Source: Albugo candida
Lineage: Eukaryota
Length of the DNA stretch: 64,000 nt
Reading direction: 5' to 3'
NCBI GenBank assembly: GCA_040437565.1
Contig: JBDOQK010000011.1
Location: 62,001 to 126,000, forward strand
Within the stretch, counting starts at the first letter, position 1; each line of letters starts with the position of its first letter. The notes beneath the pieces are model-generated. The model was not told where the DNA came from and ran no database searches. It saw only the letters and a program-made list of their open reading frames with translations. This document shows positions 1 to 12,799 of this stretch, piece after piece. Both the position numbers and the translations under genes were made by a program.

Positions 1-3000
1 ACAGACACAGCCCCGGATTCTTTAGTCTACTTCTAGTGATGTGGCAACCTTTGTGAGTCACCCGGCCTTGAGTTACTGCATGATTGTTGATCAGTCATCA
101 CCCCTATGTGATGACATGGACAGATACCCTTACCACTATCGTGACGGTACAGGGGGTAAGGGTGGTATAGATGGTACATGTGGTGCTATCACTGCCTCGT
201 GATAGGGTGAACCACAGGCAAGTGCAAGTGTGAACTACACCAAACGTCCCACTTTAACTGAACTTATCCAATCACAGGAATCGTTGCGTAAATACAAGGC
301 TACAGCTCAAGCGAAATCTTGCCTAGAGCTCCCAAAGCCGAAATCTTCGGATATCGAGGCTATAATGCGACTATATGCAGACGGGGAGCACCCAGAGTGG
401 TCTTTCTAGGCTGCAAAATTGGAAGCAGCAAGAACTTCCAAATCCGGAAAGCCATCTTCCCCATGGTCTTAGAGACGGGACAGTCATTGACCCGTACTCC
501 TTGACCTCCGTAATTCAAAACCATGGCAAATCGGTCTGTAAAAGCTTACTGGAGTGCCGATCAATCGCTCAAGTGTCCAAAAAGCCTGGGTGAAACGTCA
601 GGGTGATGGTCACCACGGAGGATGCCTGCCAACAGCTGGAGTACCAGGTAGTGACTATCCTTATGAAGAATTGTTTTTCCGAGAGTTCGATACTCTTGAA
701 ACAAAATACTACCTCGATGTCTTCGGAGTAGGCGTGGAGGAAGACCGAACCAACATCTTCACCTCTCTTTATAGACTGGGGTGTCAGGTGTACGATACCT
801 TCCGCGAAATTGTTTCCACTAAACAAGTGGTGATATCGCCTTGGAGACTCTATTTTGTCTCTTCGACATGCCCCCCGCAGCTGGTTCGACTTGACAAAGG
901 GATTGAACAAATCGCTTACGCAAACCGCTCTGCCCAGTAAGGAGAAAAATGCTCTCATTTCAACGGAATGAGCAGGTTTCGGTCAGCTTGGACCTTACTG
1001 CTTGGAGTTAAGATTCACATCAGGAGCTCCGGGAGCACACAGCAACCGTGCACAAACCATTACCAAACCCAAACAACAATCAGAAACAGTAACAAAGTCA
1101 AAAAAAGAAAAACAAAAAGAAACACGGCGACTAAGGCACTCGTGGTCACCTCAAAAAAGGTGGAGAAGATAGTTCCAAGTCAGGACTTGGAGATGAGTCA
1201 ACCGGAAAGAAAACTCTCGGACCAAATTTCGTTGGAGTTCAACTCTACTCCGAATATCACACCACCGGGCACCCCGAAACTTATGAAACCACCCTCCCAC
1301 TCCTCATACTTGAGGAAAAACTATCTCCACCCGTATTATCGGAACCAGTGGATTGGGATGGGATTATCGACATGCAGTTGGCACATTCGTGCAGTAAACG
1401 CTACCGTCTGTACCCATTTCGCCACATGGATTGAAGGCACGCCATTGTGCTCTACCTGGTTTGCTGACCAAGAATTGTTTTTCTATTCTTGCGGAAATAA
1501 AGGTGAGGATAAAGGAAGTCGAAGCGGGTGGCAACCCGGAGCGTGAGCACGGTTCCAAATGATCCCCGTGAAAGCTCGGATGCCAGAAAAGGTAGACACT
1601 TCAAAAGGGGCTGCTCATTTTTTTTGGAAACGCCACACGAAAATTAACAATGTGGCACGGCCAATCCAGGTTGGCGAGTTCGGAGAGCTAATGGAAATTG
1701 ATTTCAAAAATGCCATCCACACGGTCCGACCAGACAAGCTTACCCCAAGCCGATGCATGTATCTCTCATGTACGCAGGCTGGTACAGTTCTGTACCAGCC
1801 CGGACAAAATCATCCGGACAGCGCTTGATCATCCGAACTCAATGAGTGCTTTTCTACTTGCGTGTATGGAGTCAAATGATGTGCTTTGGATGGCGTGGCG
1901 CATCCTCTCATGATTCATAGCGTTTTTGATTTTCATGACTCGAATCAAGATGTTATGTTTGCGACAAGATGGAGTTGACATGTTGGTGAGAAGGTTCCAT
2001 CAAAGCGTGACGTCATGTTCAAGAAAATAGCGTCGTAGTGGAATCAGCGCCCGAAGAAGCTCTCGATTTGACAAGAGCAACGAAACCTCTCGCCATGATG
2101 GAACTGTACTCTTGTGTACTGACCCCGCTATTTACACAAATGATTATTGGGTCCAATATTTCAGTGAAGCGGCAGTGATTTGGAGTCCGGACCATCATTG
2201 CAGATTATTTAAAGCCAACTTGCTANNNNNNNNNNNNNNNNNNNNNNNNNNNNNNNNNNNNNNNNNNNNNNNNNNNNNNNNNNNNNNNNNNNNNNNNNNN
2301 NNNNNNNNNNNNNNNNNNNNNNNNNGAATTGTTTTTCTATTCTTGCGGAAATAAAGGTGAGGATAAAGGAAGTCGAAGCGGGTGGCAACCCGGAGCGTGA
2401 GCACGGTTCCAAATGATCCCCGTGAAAGCTCGGATGCCAGAAAAGGTAGACACTTCAAAAGGGGCTGCTCATTTTTTTTGGAAACGCCACACGAAAATTA
2501 ACAATGTGGCACGGCCAATCCAGGTTGGCGAGTTCGGAGAGCTAATGGAAATTGATTTCAAAAATGCCATCCACACGGTCCGACCAGACAAGCTTACCCC
2601 AAGCCGATGCATGTATCTCTCATGTACGCAGGCTGGTACAGTTCTGTACCAGCCCGGACAAAATCATCCGGACAGCGCTTGATCATCCGAACTCAATGAG
2701 TGCTTTTCTACTTGCGTGTATGGAGTCAAATGATGTGCTTTGGATGGCGTGGCGCATCCTCTCATGATTCATAGCGTTTTTGATTTTCATGACTCGAATC
2801 AAGATGTTATGTTTGCGACAAGATGGAGTTGACATGTTGGTGAGAAGGTTCCATCAAAGCGTGACGTCATGTTCAAGAAAATAGCGTCGTAGTGGAATCA
2901 GCGCCCGAAGAAGCTCTCGATTTGACAAGAGCAACGAAACCTCTCGCCATGATGGAACTGTACTCTTGTGTACTGACCCCGCTATTTACACAAATGATTA

Positions 3001-4325
3001 TTGGGTCCAATAATTCAGTGAAGCGGCAGTGATTTGGAGTCCGGACCATCATTGCAGATTATTTAAAGCCAACTTGCTACTACCGTCGTCACGCTCGAAA
3101 GCAGGCAACAAGTATTGGTCCCAATAATTTGGAGAGAAATGAAGAGGGGTTCCTTTCAGTGATATCGACGATCTCTCCCTCTAACCTTCTTTTTACCAGC
3201 AAATTAGAAACGCTACAACTATCCATCCAAGACGATGAGGAAGAAGAAGAACGCTGTTCCCCTTCAGCGTAAATGCTAAGGGCTCATCGATTATTTTTTT
3301 ATGTCAAAGTGGAACAATATTTCAACACTCATGGTGAATGTCAATGGAATTCATAAAAATCGTGCTCAAATATCAGCTGGAAAGAGGTATCTTACTTCGA
3401 TCCTATCACAGCAAATCATTTTTCATTTTCAAGAAACCAAGTTTCACGATGACAACCAACTGGAATCATTTCAGTTTTTATTACATTCAAAAATGCAGCA
3501 CAAATAATTTGTTCATGACCAAAGCAGTACATTTATCCATCCAACTCAAATTTGCAGTGGTGGTGTGATGATAATCCTTCGTTCAGACTTTTCTGATTGC
3601 ACAAAAGCTAAGCAACGCAGCTTATGAAGCATTCGCTATATTGGTTTGAATTTTCTCATTCACGATGCACCGGTGTATATTCACAGTGTATATGCACCGG
3701 TCAAGGCCGACGAAAGAGTGCATTTCCTTGAGGTATTTCTCTCAATACTTTCGATTCGACCGCAACACACCTTGCATTTGGTGATTGAACACAATACCAT
3801 AGCCAGCTATCGAGGCTTCGAGCGGAACAAGTCGACACGAACCAAGTCGAGTAGCGTGTTTGGAAATGGCTACGCAGTTTAAGAGGGGGAGGGGTTAGAC
3901 GCTTGGCGAATTTAACATCCGACTGACGAAGTATTTACAGGACCATTACCGCGCAAGAATCGACTCGATTACATCTGCATGTCGGAAGAGCTATTTAATA
4001 TGGTATACAGAACCTCCGATTATTTCCGTCACGACATGCAGGAGGTCATCTTGCACAACACGTAACTTTTGCAAATACAACTCAACCTCCAGGGCGGGGA
4101 TACTCTAATTGTTCGTTACGACTATTTGATTATCCTCATCTTGTCGCAGCAATCAAATCGGAAGCGAATTTGGTGCTCGAACAGTTGCGGACAATTACGA
4201 ATCCCGAAAAATTGTGGGAAAGCTGGAAGACGAAAATCAAGAAGCAGGTTTATGGAATTGAGAAAAAGAGTGCACAAGATAGCGAACATATTGAGTCGAG
4301 CCTGTATGGAGACTTGCGCTTTACT
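1..4325 (+). mobile_element. Degenerate non-LTR retrotransposon (L1/Tx1-like LINE), 5' part: leader, ORF1 relic and APE endonuclease of ORF2
   Basis: From 3301 the APE motifs appear in order across broken frames: TLMVNVNGI, FQETKF, IHSVYAP, LDAWR and KNRLDYI. An ORF1-like broken frame runs from ~220 to ~3270 (YYLDVFG...WRLYFVSSTCPPQL). The 5' end may lie outside the window. Confidence 0.85.
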
Positions 4326-4493
4326 TGTTATATTTGTGACTGAAAAGATCTAGGTCCTTTGTTTGCTGATCTGTGCTGCTTCTAAGCCTATCCTTATAGA
4401 TACTTCTAGAAGGTTCGTAGTGACTTCATATCATGACGTCAGACTGTGACGTCAGGGCATATCCAATATGCCTTTAGTTGTGTGACCTTAACA
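4326..4493 (-). repeat. Gypsy 3' LTR (168 bp, TGTTA...TAACA)
   Basis: Inverted termini TGTTA/TAACA; lies immediately downstream of the chromodomain coding region, and LINE homology stops at its outer edge. Confidence 0.7.
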
Positions 4494-5377
4494 CACCCGG
4501 ATACGTTCTCTGTCGTGCCGCGCGTACCCGGCGAACTGACATCTTTTCGGTCTTGCCTTCGCGTTGGCGTTCCCAAAAATCCTGTACTACCCGCTGCCAG
4601 TGGGAAACGGGACTGATAGCTTTCTCGCGCTCCCAAGTACTATCGCACTCCGGGAGGACGTGTCATTCTACTAGCCATTCTGGTTGACGGCTGCGATGGT
4701 GACGACGAAGCCACTTTTCCACAATGTGTAGTTGTTCTCCTGTATCTAAATATAGGATAACTCGCGATGCTTTCGGAATCGGTCGTCCAGCGAGCTCAGA
4801 GGCATTCGGCTTGTATGGAGAGAATAGGCCGACGTTTAATGATGAGTATAGTCTCTTCATATTTCGCTGTAGCTTTAACCTAGCTACATTCGGGCTGATC
4901 ATCATGATTATCTCAAACGGTCCAACCTTTCTGGCCGCGAACTTTTCTTTCTTCAACTCAATGTGAGCGTTTACTGTCTTGATTGGCAGGTTTCTGGTAT
5001 TCAACAGACCTAAGTCACCGACATTGAAGGTGAGACTTGTTCTTTTAGCGTTAAGTACTTCTTCTGCCTTTCCTGGGCTTGTTCTAGGTTTTCACGTGCT
5101 TAACGCACTAGGTCTTGACGGGCCTTGGAGAACTTCAAGGCGAATTCTGAGGTTGCTTGTGGATCCCGAACCTCGGAGTCTCTGTATTGGTGAGCAATCA
5201 GATTGTATACCTTTTAAACGGGGTGAGCTTAGTTGAAGCATTCACCGAGACGGCGTGCGCGTACTCTACGCGCTACCAGGTAGCTTGAACCAATTTTCTC
5301 TGCTGTACGATACCAGACAGCGTAATGCGTCTTCTAAGACCAAGTTTTTGGCGTTCTGTTTGTCCTCCTGCTTGCAC

Positions 5378-8300
5378 CCTATTTATGGCTTCTCTATCTA
5401 GGACAACGGAGGTTTCGCTAGGACACTGTCCTTGGATTAAATTCATCAAAATCGGTTACTCTAGGNNNNNNNNNNNNNNNNNNNNNNNNNNNNNNNNNNN
5501 NNNNNNNNNNNNNNNNNNNNNNNNNNNNNNNNNNNNNNNNNNNNNNNNNNNNNNNNNNNNNNNNNCTAGGACACTGTCCTTGGATTAAATTCATCAAAAT
5601 CGGTTACTCTAGGACAAAGCTACCTTGTTCAAACGAAAAAAAGTATGGGATATGCGATCTTAAAGAAGCACTGCTATTTCAACTTGTTGTTTGCTTGATT
5701 GCCACCACTTTACTTTTTGCAATAGCTTCTTCTTGCACTTTCCCGCCTCTTTACTCACCACTTGCAATTTTCAGGTTTGTTTTTTTATTCCTCTTCTTTC
5801 ATCATTACATCAATGACTTCATTACGTCATTACTCCTCAGCACAGATCAGGAGATCACATTTATAAATCATAACATCATAATTATAACATCACGTTCTGC
5901 TATCGTCCTATCGTAATATTGTAATAATATTCACATAGCAAATAGCAAAGATAGCTCTTCATATAAAGAGCTCACAAATTTGCGGGATGAAGGACCAAAA
6001 AGAAGAGTGGCCGAACCCAACCAAGGAGACGATGGTAAAAAGCGCCAATTCGAATGGAAGGATACACACGCACAGCACTTTGGGCTTCGAATTGAAGAAA
6101 GACATGCTATGACATCAAGAGTTTTATTACGGCTTCTTGTCGTTTCTGTGCAACCGTCGGTCGAGAAGAATAACTTTTCACTGACGAAGAAAAGAATGGG
6201 ATTGAAAAAAATGCGAGAGAAGACATATAATATTGTGGATGTTTTGGAAGAAATGCAAGAAGCAGCAGCAGCTGCAACGAAGAAGATTCGCAAACCTTCC
6301 AATGATATCAAGCAATGGAGCAATGCATTCCGTACCGACAACATTCGTAATCATATGCATGATCAGCATCTAAAGAAATGGTGTTAGTAAACAGCGCTTC
6401 TCGAAAGTGTTCGTTTGGAGAGCCTTTCAGGTGCTACCAAGAAAGGTGATCCAACACCGCAGTTTGATAAGCTTAAGTCATTTTTTTCAACTTCCTACAT
6501 CCCGGCGTTTTTCACAAGGAGAGTAACATGTCAAAGACTACTATAGCAATCTCGAGGAACATGTCGATGATTTGATTCCGGGGACATTGTTTGACGTGGA
6601 CGACAATGACGAAGAAAATCAAGCGCTATCTTCCGCCAGATCCCTTTTCACGCCGGTCATAGAAATTTCAAAAGAAGGAGAAGCTTTGCCAGTCGTTGCC
6701 AGCTATGCTGTGGTTATCAAAAATGCATCGCAACTTACGGAAGTGCAGAGTCTTTTGACGTGCGGTCTATCCTTCTCTCAATGTGCAAAAGTTGTAACAA
6801 TGTCCGAGAGCAGTAAAGTCAAGCGTCAAAGCTTGGCTCGAATCACTTGTGCACTAAGCCTAGAGATGCTCAGTGAGTTACTAAGACGAGAGTGGACGTT
6901 CTCTATTAGGATAGATGCTTCTACTGATTCCTATGATAATTCTTTGCTGGAATCCCACGTAAGGCTTTCCACAGAAGCTGACATATGCAATTTCTACGTT
7001 GTTGCGATCCCAATGTATGATAACCACAATGGGGAAGCTATGTTCGAATTATTGAATCATTTCTTGACAGCTATCGATAGTCATTGGAGACAAAAAATGG
7101 AGTTACAACAGATGGTGCTGCTTCGATGACCGGACTTCGCAGAGGATTGGCTTCACGATTGCAGGCTGTTGCTTCGCCAGTTAGGTACAGGATGTGGTGT
7201 AGGGCTCATCAACTTGACCTCGCGTTGAAGAAAGCTTTCCAATCGCTACCGGAAGACCTCATGAGCACTCTCACTACCATGATCGGCTATTTCTGACGTC
7301 AACAGAAATTTATATCTGAGATGAAATGAAAAAGCCCTAACTACATCACAGTCCGCTGGTCCCCTTTGGATCAGGTAGCCTCCTGGTATCGGCAGCATCG
7401 AGACCGTGTGATGACCTTACTCATGGAAAAAGATGTCTCCTGGCGGCCAAACGATGAGTGCTGGTTGATGTTGATTTTCTTCAAAAGTTCCTGGACGTGA
7501 TGAAATCCACCAGTGAATCACTCCAGGGAAACAACATGACGCTTGGTCAGCAAATCATCCAACTATCTAGTATTATCAGACCTTGAAAGCGCGATCGATG
7601 GATCTCGGACTACAAATGTGAATATAAAAGAGAATGATATTTACTTGAAGATGCGGGAATTGTAAAGCGGGGACCTTTCTGTGTGAAGTGCGCGAAGGCG
7701 CTTGAGCAGGTGCAATCGACAAGCCTGCTTGCACTCTATCGCGCTGAAACTGAATGAGGAAGCTGTGGATGCTGTGGTGAGTAGCTCATCTCGGATTTGT
7801 ATTCAGGCCATGCATGATGTTGCATCTATTGCTGCAGAAAGGGACATACAGAACGAGGGTAGCTCGGCGTGTGTGCCACCTGCCCTGCCTTTGGAATCTT
7901 CAGAACTTCCGTCAGCTGAATTCAATCATCCTTTAAGTGACCTGGAGACCAGGTTACTCCAAGGAGGTATGTTTACACTAGTGCGGACAGTGGCCAAGGA
8001 ACCTTCGTTGGAGCATTCACCGCAAAAGCCAGACAGCAATGCCTCTGGTTTTTTCAATTTCAGCAGAGCTTGGAGTCCAATCTATCGTCGTTTCCCGATT
8101 CTCTTTAAGGTAGCATATGGCTTGCTACGATTCTACCTGGTACTGTGACGGTTCAAGCAGATCAATTCAACAACCTTGAGAAGGTCGTTATCAATTGTGC
8201 TGACAGGGATATAAACGAGGGTTGATTAATAAAGTTATGAAATACAATCCAGGCTCAATTGAAATGGTCTAAGATTATATTGTGTATATTAGTATGGCTG

Positions 8301-8389
8301 TCCTTGTATGTCCTAGATTCATCCTCGAAATTGGTTAAAAATAATCTATATCAGGACAGTACGCCAATGTCCTTAATAAGTCAGGCCTG
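5378..8389 (+). mobile_element. Degenerate hAT-superfamily DNA transposon
   Basis: Transposase fragments: FSIRIDAST, FYVVAIPMYDNHNGEAMF, GVTTDGAASMTG, WCRAHQLDL (CxxH), VRW and a C-terminal PGTVTV. AGGACA/TGTCCT motifs cluster at both ends. It splits the Gypsy integrase between AHR and VQAGGQTER. Confidence 0.8.
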
Positions 8390-9802
8390 TCTGTGAGCAG
8401 TCGTCATACTTAGCTTGACACCCATTTTGTCAATTGGAGATTTCCAGAATTTTGCCGTGAACTTCGAATCCCGATCGCTGATGATAACCTTCGTTAGTCC
8501 ATGATGTCGGACTACGGCGTCGAAAAAATCAAAAAAGTAATTTTATAATTTAAAAAATTAAATAAATCTCCGGTGTCTTTCGAGTCGGCAGTCGTATACG
8601 TTGGTGCATAATTGGGTCTCTTGGACAGCTTGTCTACAACCGCACTTAGCATCATACCCTTCCGACACGGGTAGCCCAGTGATGAAGTCCATTGGCACTA
8701 CTTCCCAGCATTCCTCCGGAGTGGGGATAGGAATCATTAATCATTTCTTTCGCTGGCTGTTTGACTTCCATCGAGCGCATGTTTGACATGTCTCGACGTA
8801 CTTCTGCACCGTCTCAAGTATCTTCGGCCAGTAGTACAATTGTTTTAACTTCATGTAAGTTCTGCGAACTCCTGAATGTGCTGCTGTGGCTGCATCGTAA
8901 ACTAATCTTGCTTCAGATATAGGAGTTCTTTGTCTATTATGAAGTTGTTCTTCGCCTTCTTTGTTTTCAATATCTTTTTGAAAAAATTGTCTTTGCGATA
9001 TCCTTGCTGAAACGCTTTTCGCACTTTGTTGCTGAGATGTGCGCACGCAAGGTGAGCTCGGCGTTGTGGCTTTGCTTCTAAGTGACTACTACCGAAGACT
9101 CCCCCCGTAACTCCACATCGTCGAGTAAGAGTTGGGTGACATCGAGGGGGAATGAAGTAGAATGAGGGCAGAGTGAAAAATGTGCCCATAGAAAAGATTG
9201 GTGTTTCGATTACAGTCAACTATACACACATGTACGACGTACGACACATCGGGAACATGGGTAAGAGGTACAGCGAATTCGTCAGAATGCTCTCTAGACA
9301 TGACTGGACAAGATAATGCGTCGGCCACGACATTTGACCGTTCTTTTTCATGATGTAAGACAAAGTCGAACTGGGAAAAGAACGTCAACATTCGTGCCAT
9401 CTTTGGAAACACCTTTGAATGGTGGAGCATCCACTTACACGCTAAATTGTCGGTATAGACTGAAAAGTGTCAATGGAGTTACAGACGCCGCATTTCTTTT
9501 CTAGAGCCGTCTTGATGGCTAACAGCTCTTTCTCGTGAGCTGGCCATTTTAAAAGCAATGGCGTGGTCGTTCCCGTCGATACGTTGTTTTCTTTAAGAAG
9601 ACCACCCATGCAGAGTACAGAAGCATCCGTTGTTACGATGAAAGGGTGAGAAAAGCCCGGCAACTTCAGAGTCGGTGACTAGTGAAGTGCGAGTTTTCCT
9701 CANNNNNNNNNNNNNNNNNNNNNNNNNNNNNNNNNNNNNNNNNNNNNNNNNNNNNNNNNNNNNNNNNNNNNNNNNNNNNNNNNNNNNNNNNNNNNNNNNN
9801 NN

Positions 9803-12300
9803 CACTAGGCAATCACATTGTTAAGGATCACGAGGTGATACTGGCAACTTTCGATCGATTGCACTGCTCTGTGTCGATGTAGAAGTACTTTCAGAAGCGT
9901 TGGTGCATCGATTGCAACGGTTTTTGCCAGAATTGATCGATCAAGATCAGAAAGCATTTGTTCGAGGAAGGTCGATGCATCATCAAATTCGACATCTCAC
10001 CGACATACAAGACTTGGTCACTCCACGTGGATAAGAAGCGTATGCGACTTTTCTCGACTTTGCGGGAGAGAGCTTATAATCGAGTCAATTGGACGTACAT
10101 TTCCGCATTCTAGAAAGATGGGCGTTGGAAAAGGTTATATCAACTGGGTCCGTCTTTTGAAGGCTGATACGAAGGCCCAGTTGATGATCAATGGCAATAT
10201 TACACCATCTATTACACCACAACTTGGAGGGAAACAAAGCGATTCTCTCTCAGATTCAATCATATTGATGACTATCGGAACGTTAAGGAAATCTAGTTCT
10301 CATCATGAAGAACATGGCATTTGGATCAATGGCACCAATGTCGCTACTGAACTATTTTTGCGAACGATTCGACATTTGTTTCAGAAAAAAAGGTGTTTTG
10401 ACGCAAATCGAGCTCCTTCAAGTCTAGTGCGATGGACCTGGTGCGAAGTTTACCTTGAGGGTCGCATCTTTGCTCTCGTTGAATCGGACCATGCCGTGTC
10501 CTCATGTACCCAATTTGACCATAATGGTCCCGAAAAATCGGTCAAGTATTTGAGCATTCCGTTCGGCCAGACACCAACTCATTTGATGCTTTTTCAGCTC
10601 ACTTGTATGATGGGTTGTATGGATGGTTTTGACGTGCACGAACTGTTCAGGGTCGACTACTGGTTGCGCACACAATGCATTTACCACGTCTATGGCACTA
10701 CACTACATATCTGGACATTACAACGGAGACTATTCGACAATGGCAGTCGAGGCTAATCGATCTCTGCTTGGTTTGAAACACAAAAAAATCAAACGTGTTC
10801 ACCGGATCAGCAAAGCGTTTTTATAGATATGTCGACAAGATGGTGGACTACAAGCTCTTTTTTGGTGGGACGACTACAGTCACAACGCATTCAAGTCCTA
10901 CAGCACTTTGAATTCGATGAGCCAAAGATTATTACTGCGAACTGAACAGCTACTTGAACGAAATTATTACAAGTTATCCAGCCTTTCTTGAACCACACAA
11001 CCCGATAGATGTATTCACCATCGCACCACATCGACATGTCAACGAGAAAGCTCATCATCTTGATGGAAACACGCATTTGAAATGTGGCATCAGATAGACT
11101 GAAGTATTACAGTTCCAGATTTTAGAGTCATCCAACGCCGTCAGTACTACATGGAGCAACCGATGCGGTTCCACAGCGACCAAGGGTCGCACTATGAGGC
11201 TGCTTCTCGTAATATGAATACGCAAACCGTTTGGACTAATCTTGGCATGCTGGGCGAATCACATCAGACATGTCAAAAATCGCTTGCTGCAGCTTTCGAG
11301 GCCCGGAGTCTCCAGGACCTTTTTTTGAGGAAGCGACACATGTCCAGCGAATCATGCATTCGTCAACCACTACTAAAAAGATGAAGAGCTGAATATATCG
11401 GATATGGATGGGGAAATTCCACTGAGTCGACTTTACAATGAATTCACTCATATACTGAAGCGTATTCACTCGACGGTTGGTCTCATCACTTCGATCCAAC
11501 CATTCTTAAGTAGTAGATCATTTTATATGGGAGTACTCAGCAAGAAGAGGTCTAATTTTCTTCCATCTGTTTTACGCCGACAACTCTTACGAATCGTCTG
11601 AAAACCTCCCAACCAACCAAGAGTCATCTCATGTCAACAGATTGGTCATCACGGGAGAGATCGGACGCAATAGATACAGGAAGAGATCGAACATTTATGG
11701 CTACATCACGGTATCTTCTAAAACTTGTCTTACCGAAACGAAGATATACATTTTCGTCTGGCCTTTCGGATATTGCGAGTTATATCTAGTTTCTGTCTTT
11801 CAAACCATATTTATCCCGACATTACACTGCTCAAAAAGCTTTTGTGTGGAGCAGTGGAAAACGAGCAACATCTCTTTCTTGAGTGCGATCACACAGCACA
11901 ATCATAAGGGAGCTACTACCTAGTTGGGATCAGTTCATCTCATCCGGACCACGTTGGACTCATATTTCTTTTGCAATTGTTCCAACAGTACCGTCGGATT
12001 GGAAGTATTATCAGCAAATTATATCAGATTTATGATTTGCAATGCAGACGGTGACGCTGTACTTCGTCACGGACCGTTCCGAATCGTCGCCTGTTCGATA
12101 CGCGATCAACAACTCCGATAATTCCAGCATTTCCGTTATTCACACCAGGTTTAGTGCTTACGTCCAGTACTTTCGACGGCAGTATTACCACCAAGTCGCA
12201 AAGCAAGGATCAGTGGGTGGCTTTATTCAGAAGTAGAAGATCATTGCTGTCGGTCCGTCACAAGCAAGTAGAACTGCATGTGAAACTCCGATTATAGCAC
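9803..12300 (+). mobile_element. LINE ORF2 3' part (reverse transcriptase and zf-RVT), degenerate
   Basis: LIDQDQKAFVRGRS, FLDF..AYNRVNW, GGKQSDSLS (QGDPLS-like), FAND (FADD-like), KYLSIPFG and the C-terminal CGAVENEQHLFLEC zinc finger, with many frameshifts. The 3' end is approximate. Confidence 0.85.
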
Positions 12301-12799
12301 TAGCTCTATGGCTCCATACCCCGTGTATGGTGTACTCCAGTTTGGAAAAATTGGTAGTGAAGAACAATTTCTACCCTTTTACAAGCTGAACACAGTCTCA
12401 ACACCTCTCACATGCATTTTTCTGTATGGATATTTGTTATTTAGGATAGCCTAGGCATCTAGAGAAGTCAGTTAGTCTAATTCTAGTAATATAGTCAGCG
12501 ATATAAAGATAGGAACACGTGATTTTCTCAAAGGATACGTAAGAAAAGAGTAGGACAGTTGTAAAATTCATCCAGTTTTTATAAATTATAATCAAATTAA
12601 TTTTAGAAAAAAATTATTTTGAAGCTCAAAAAATTTAGATCGAATATTAGCACGTCAGTTTCGAATCTTCACTCGAAGTCAGAATTGGATTTTTCATTCC
12701 ATATTTAGCAGCAAAAATGTGAAGTCAGGCTGGGTCGAAAAGAGAAGGGGCACCTGTTATATTGCGCGTTTCTCGACTTCGGATAGTGCATTTAGCTTG

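Larger units (their letters stand above)
4326..9702 (-). mobile_element. Degenerate Ty3/Gypsy chromovirus LTR retrotransposon (RNase H, integrase, chromodomain, 3' LTR), interrupted by a hAT element
   Basis: Minus strand: RNase H (FIVTTDAS, HEKELLAI, NVVADALS), integrase zinc finger (AHSGVRRT...YYWP...CQTC), core (IISDRDSKFTAKFW; GQTERQN), GPF motif (KVGPFEI) and chromodomain (EWLVE*..PECDSTWERE). The rest is lost in the gap at 9703-9802. Confidence 0.9.

Noticed and set aside
1..240. Canonical hammerhead or HDV ribozyme
   Set aside because: No CUGANGA/GAAA core, and I could not fit the full HDV P1-P4 nested pseudoknot by eye; reported only as an unclassified structure.
1472..3079. 754-bp direct repeat (1472-2225 and 2326-3079) resembling a tandem duplication or LTR pair
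   Set aside because: The copies abut a 100-N placeholder gap and are near-identical, so this is a contig overlap artefact.
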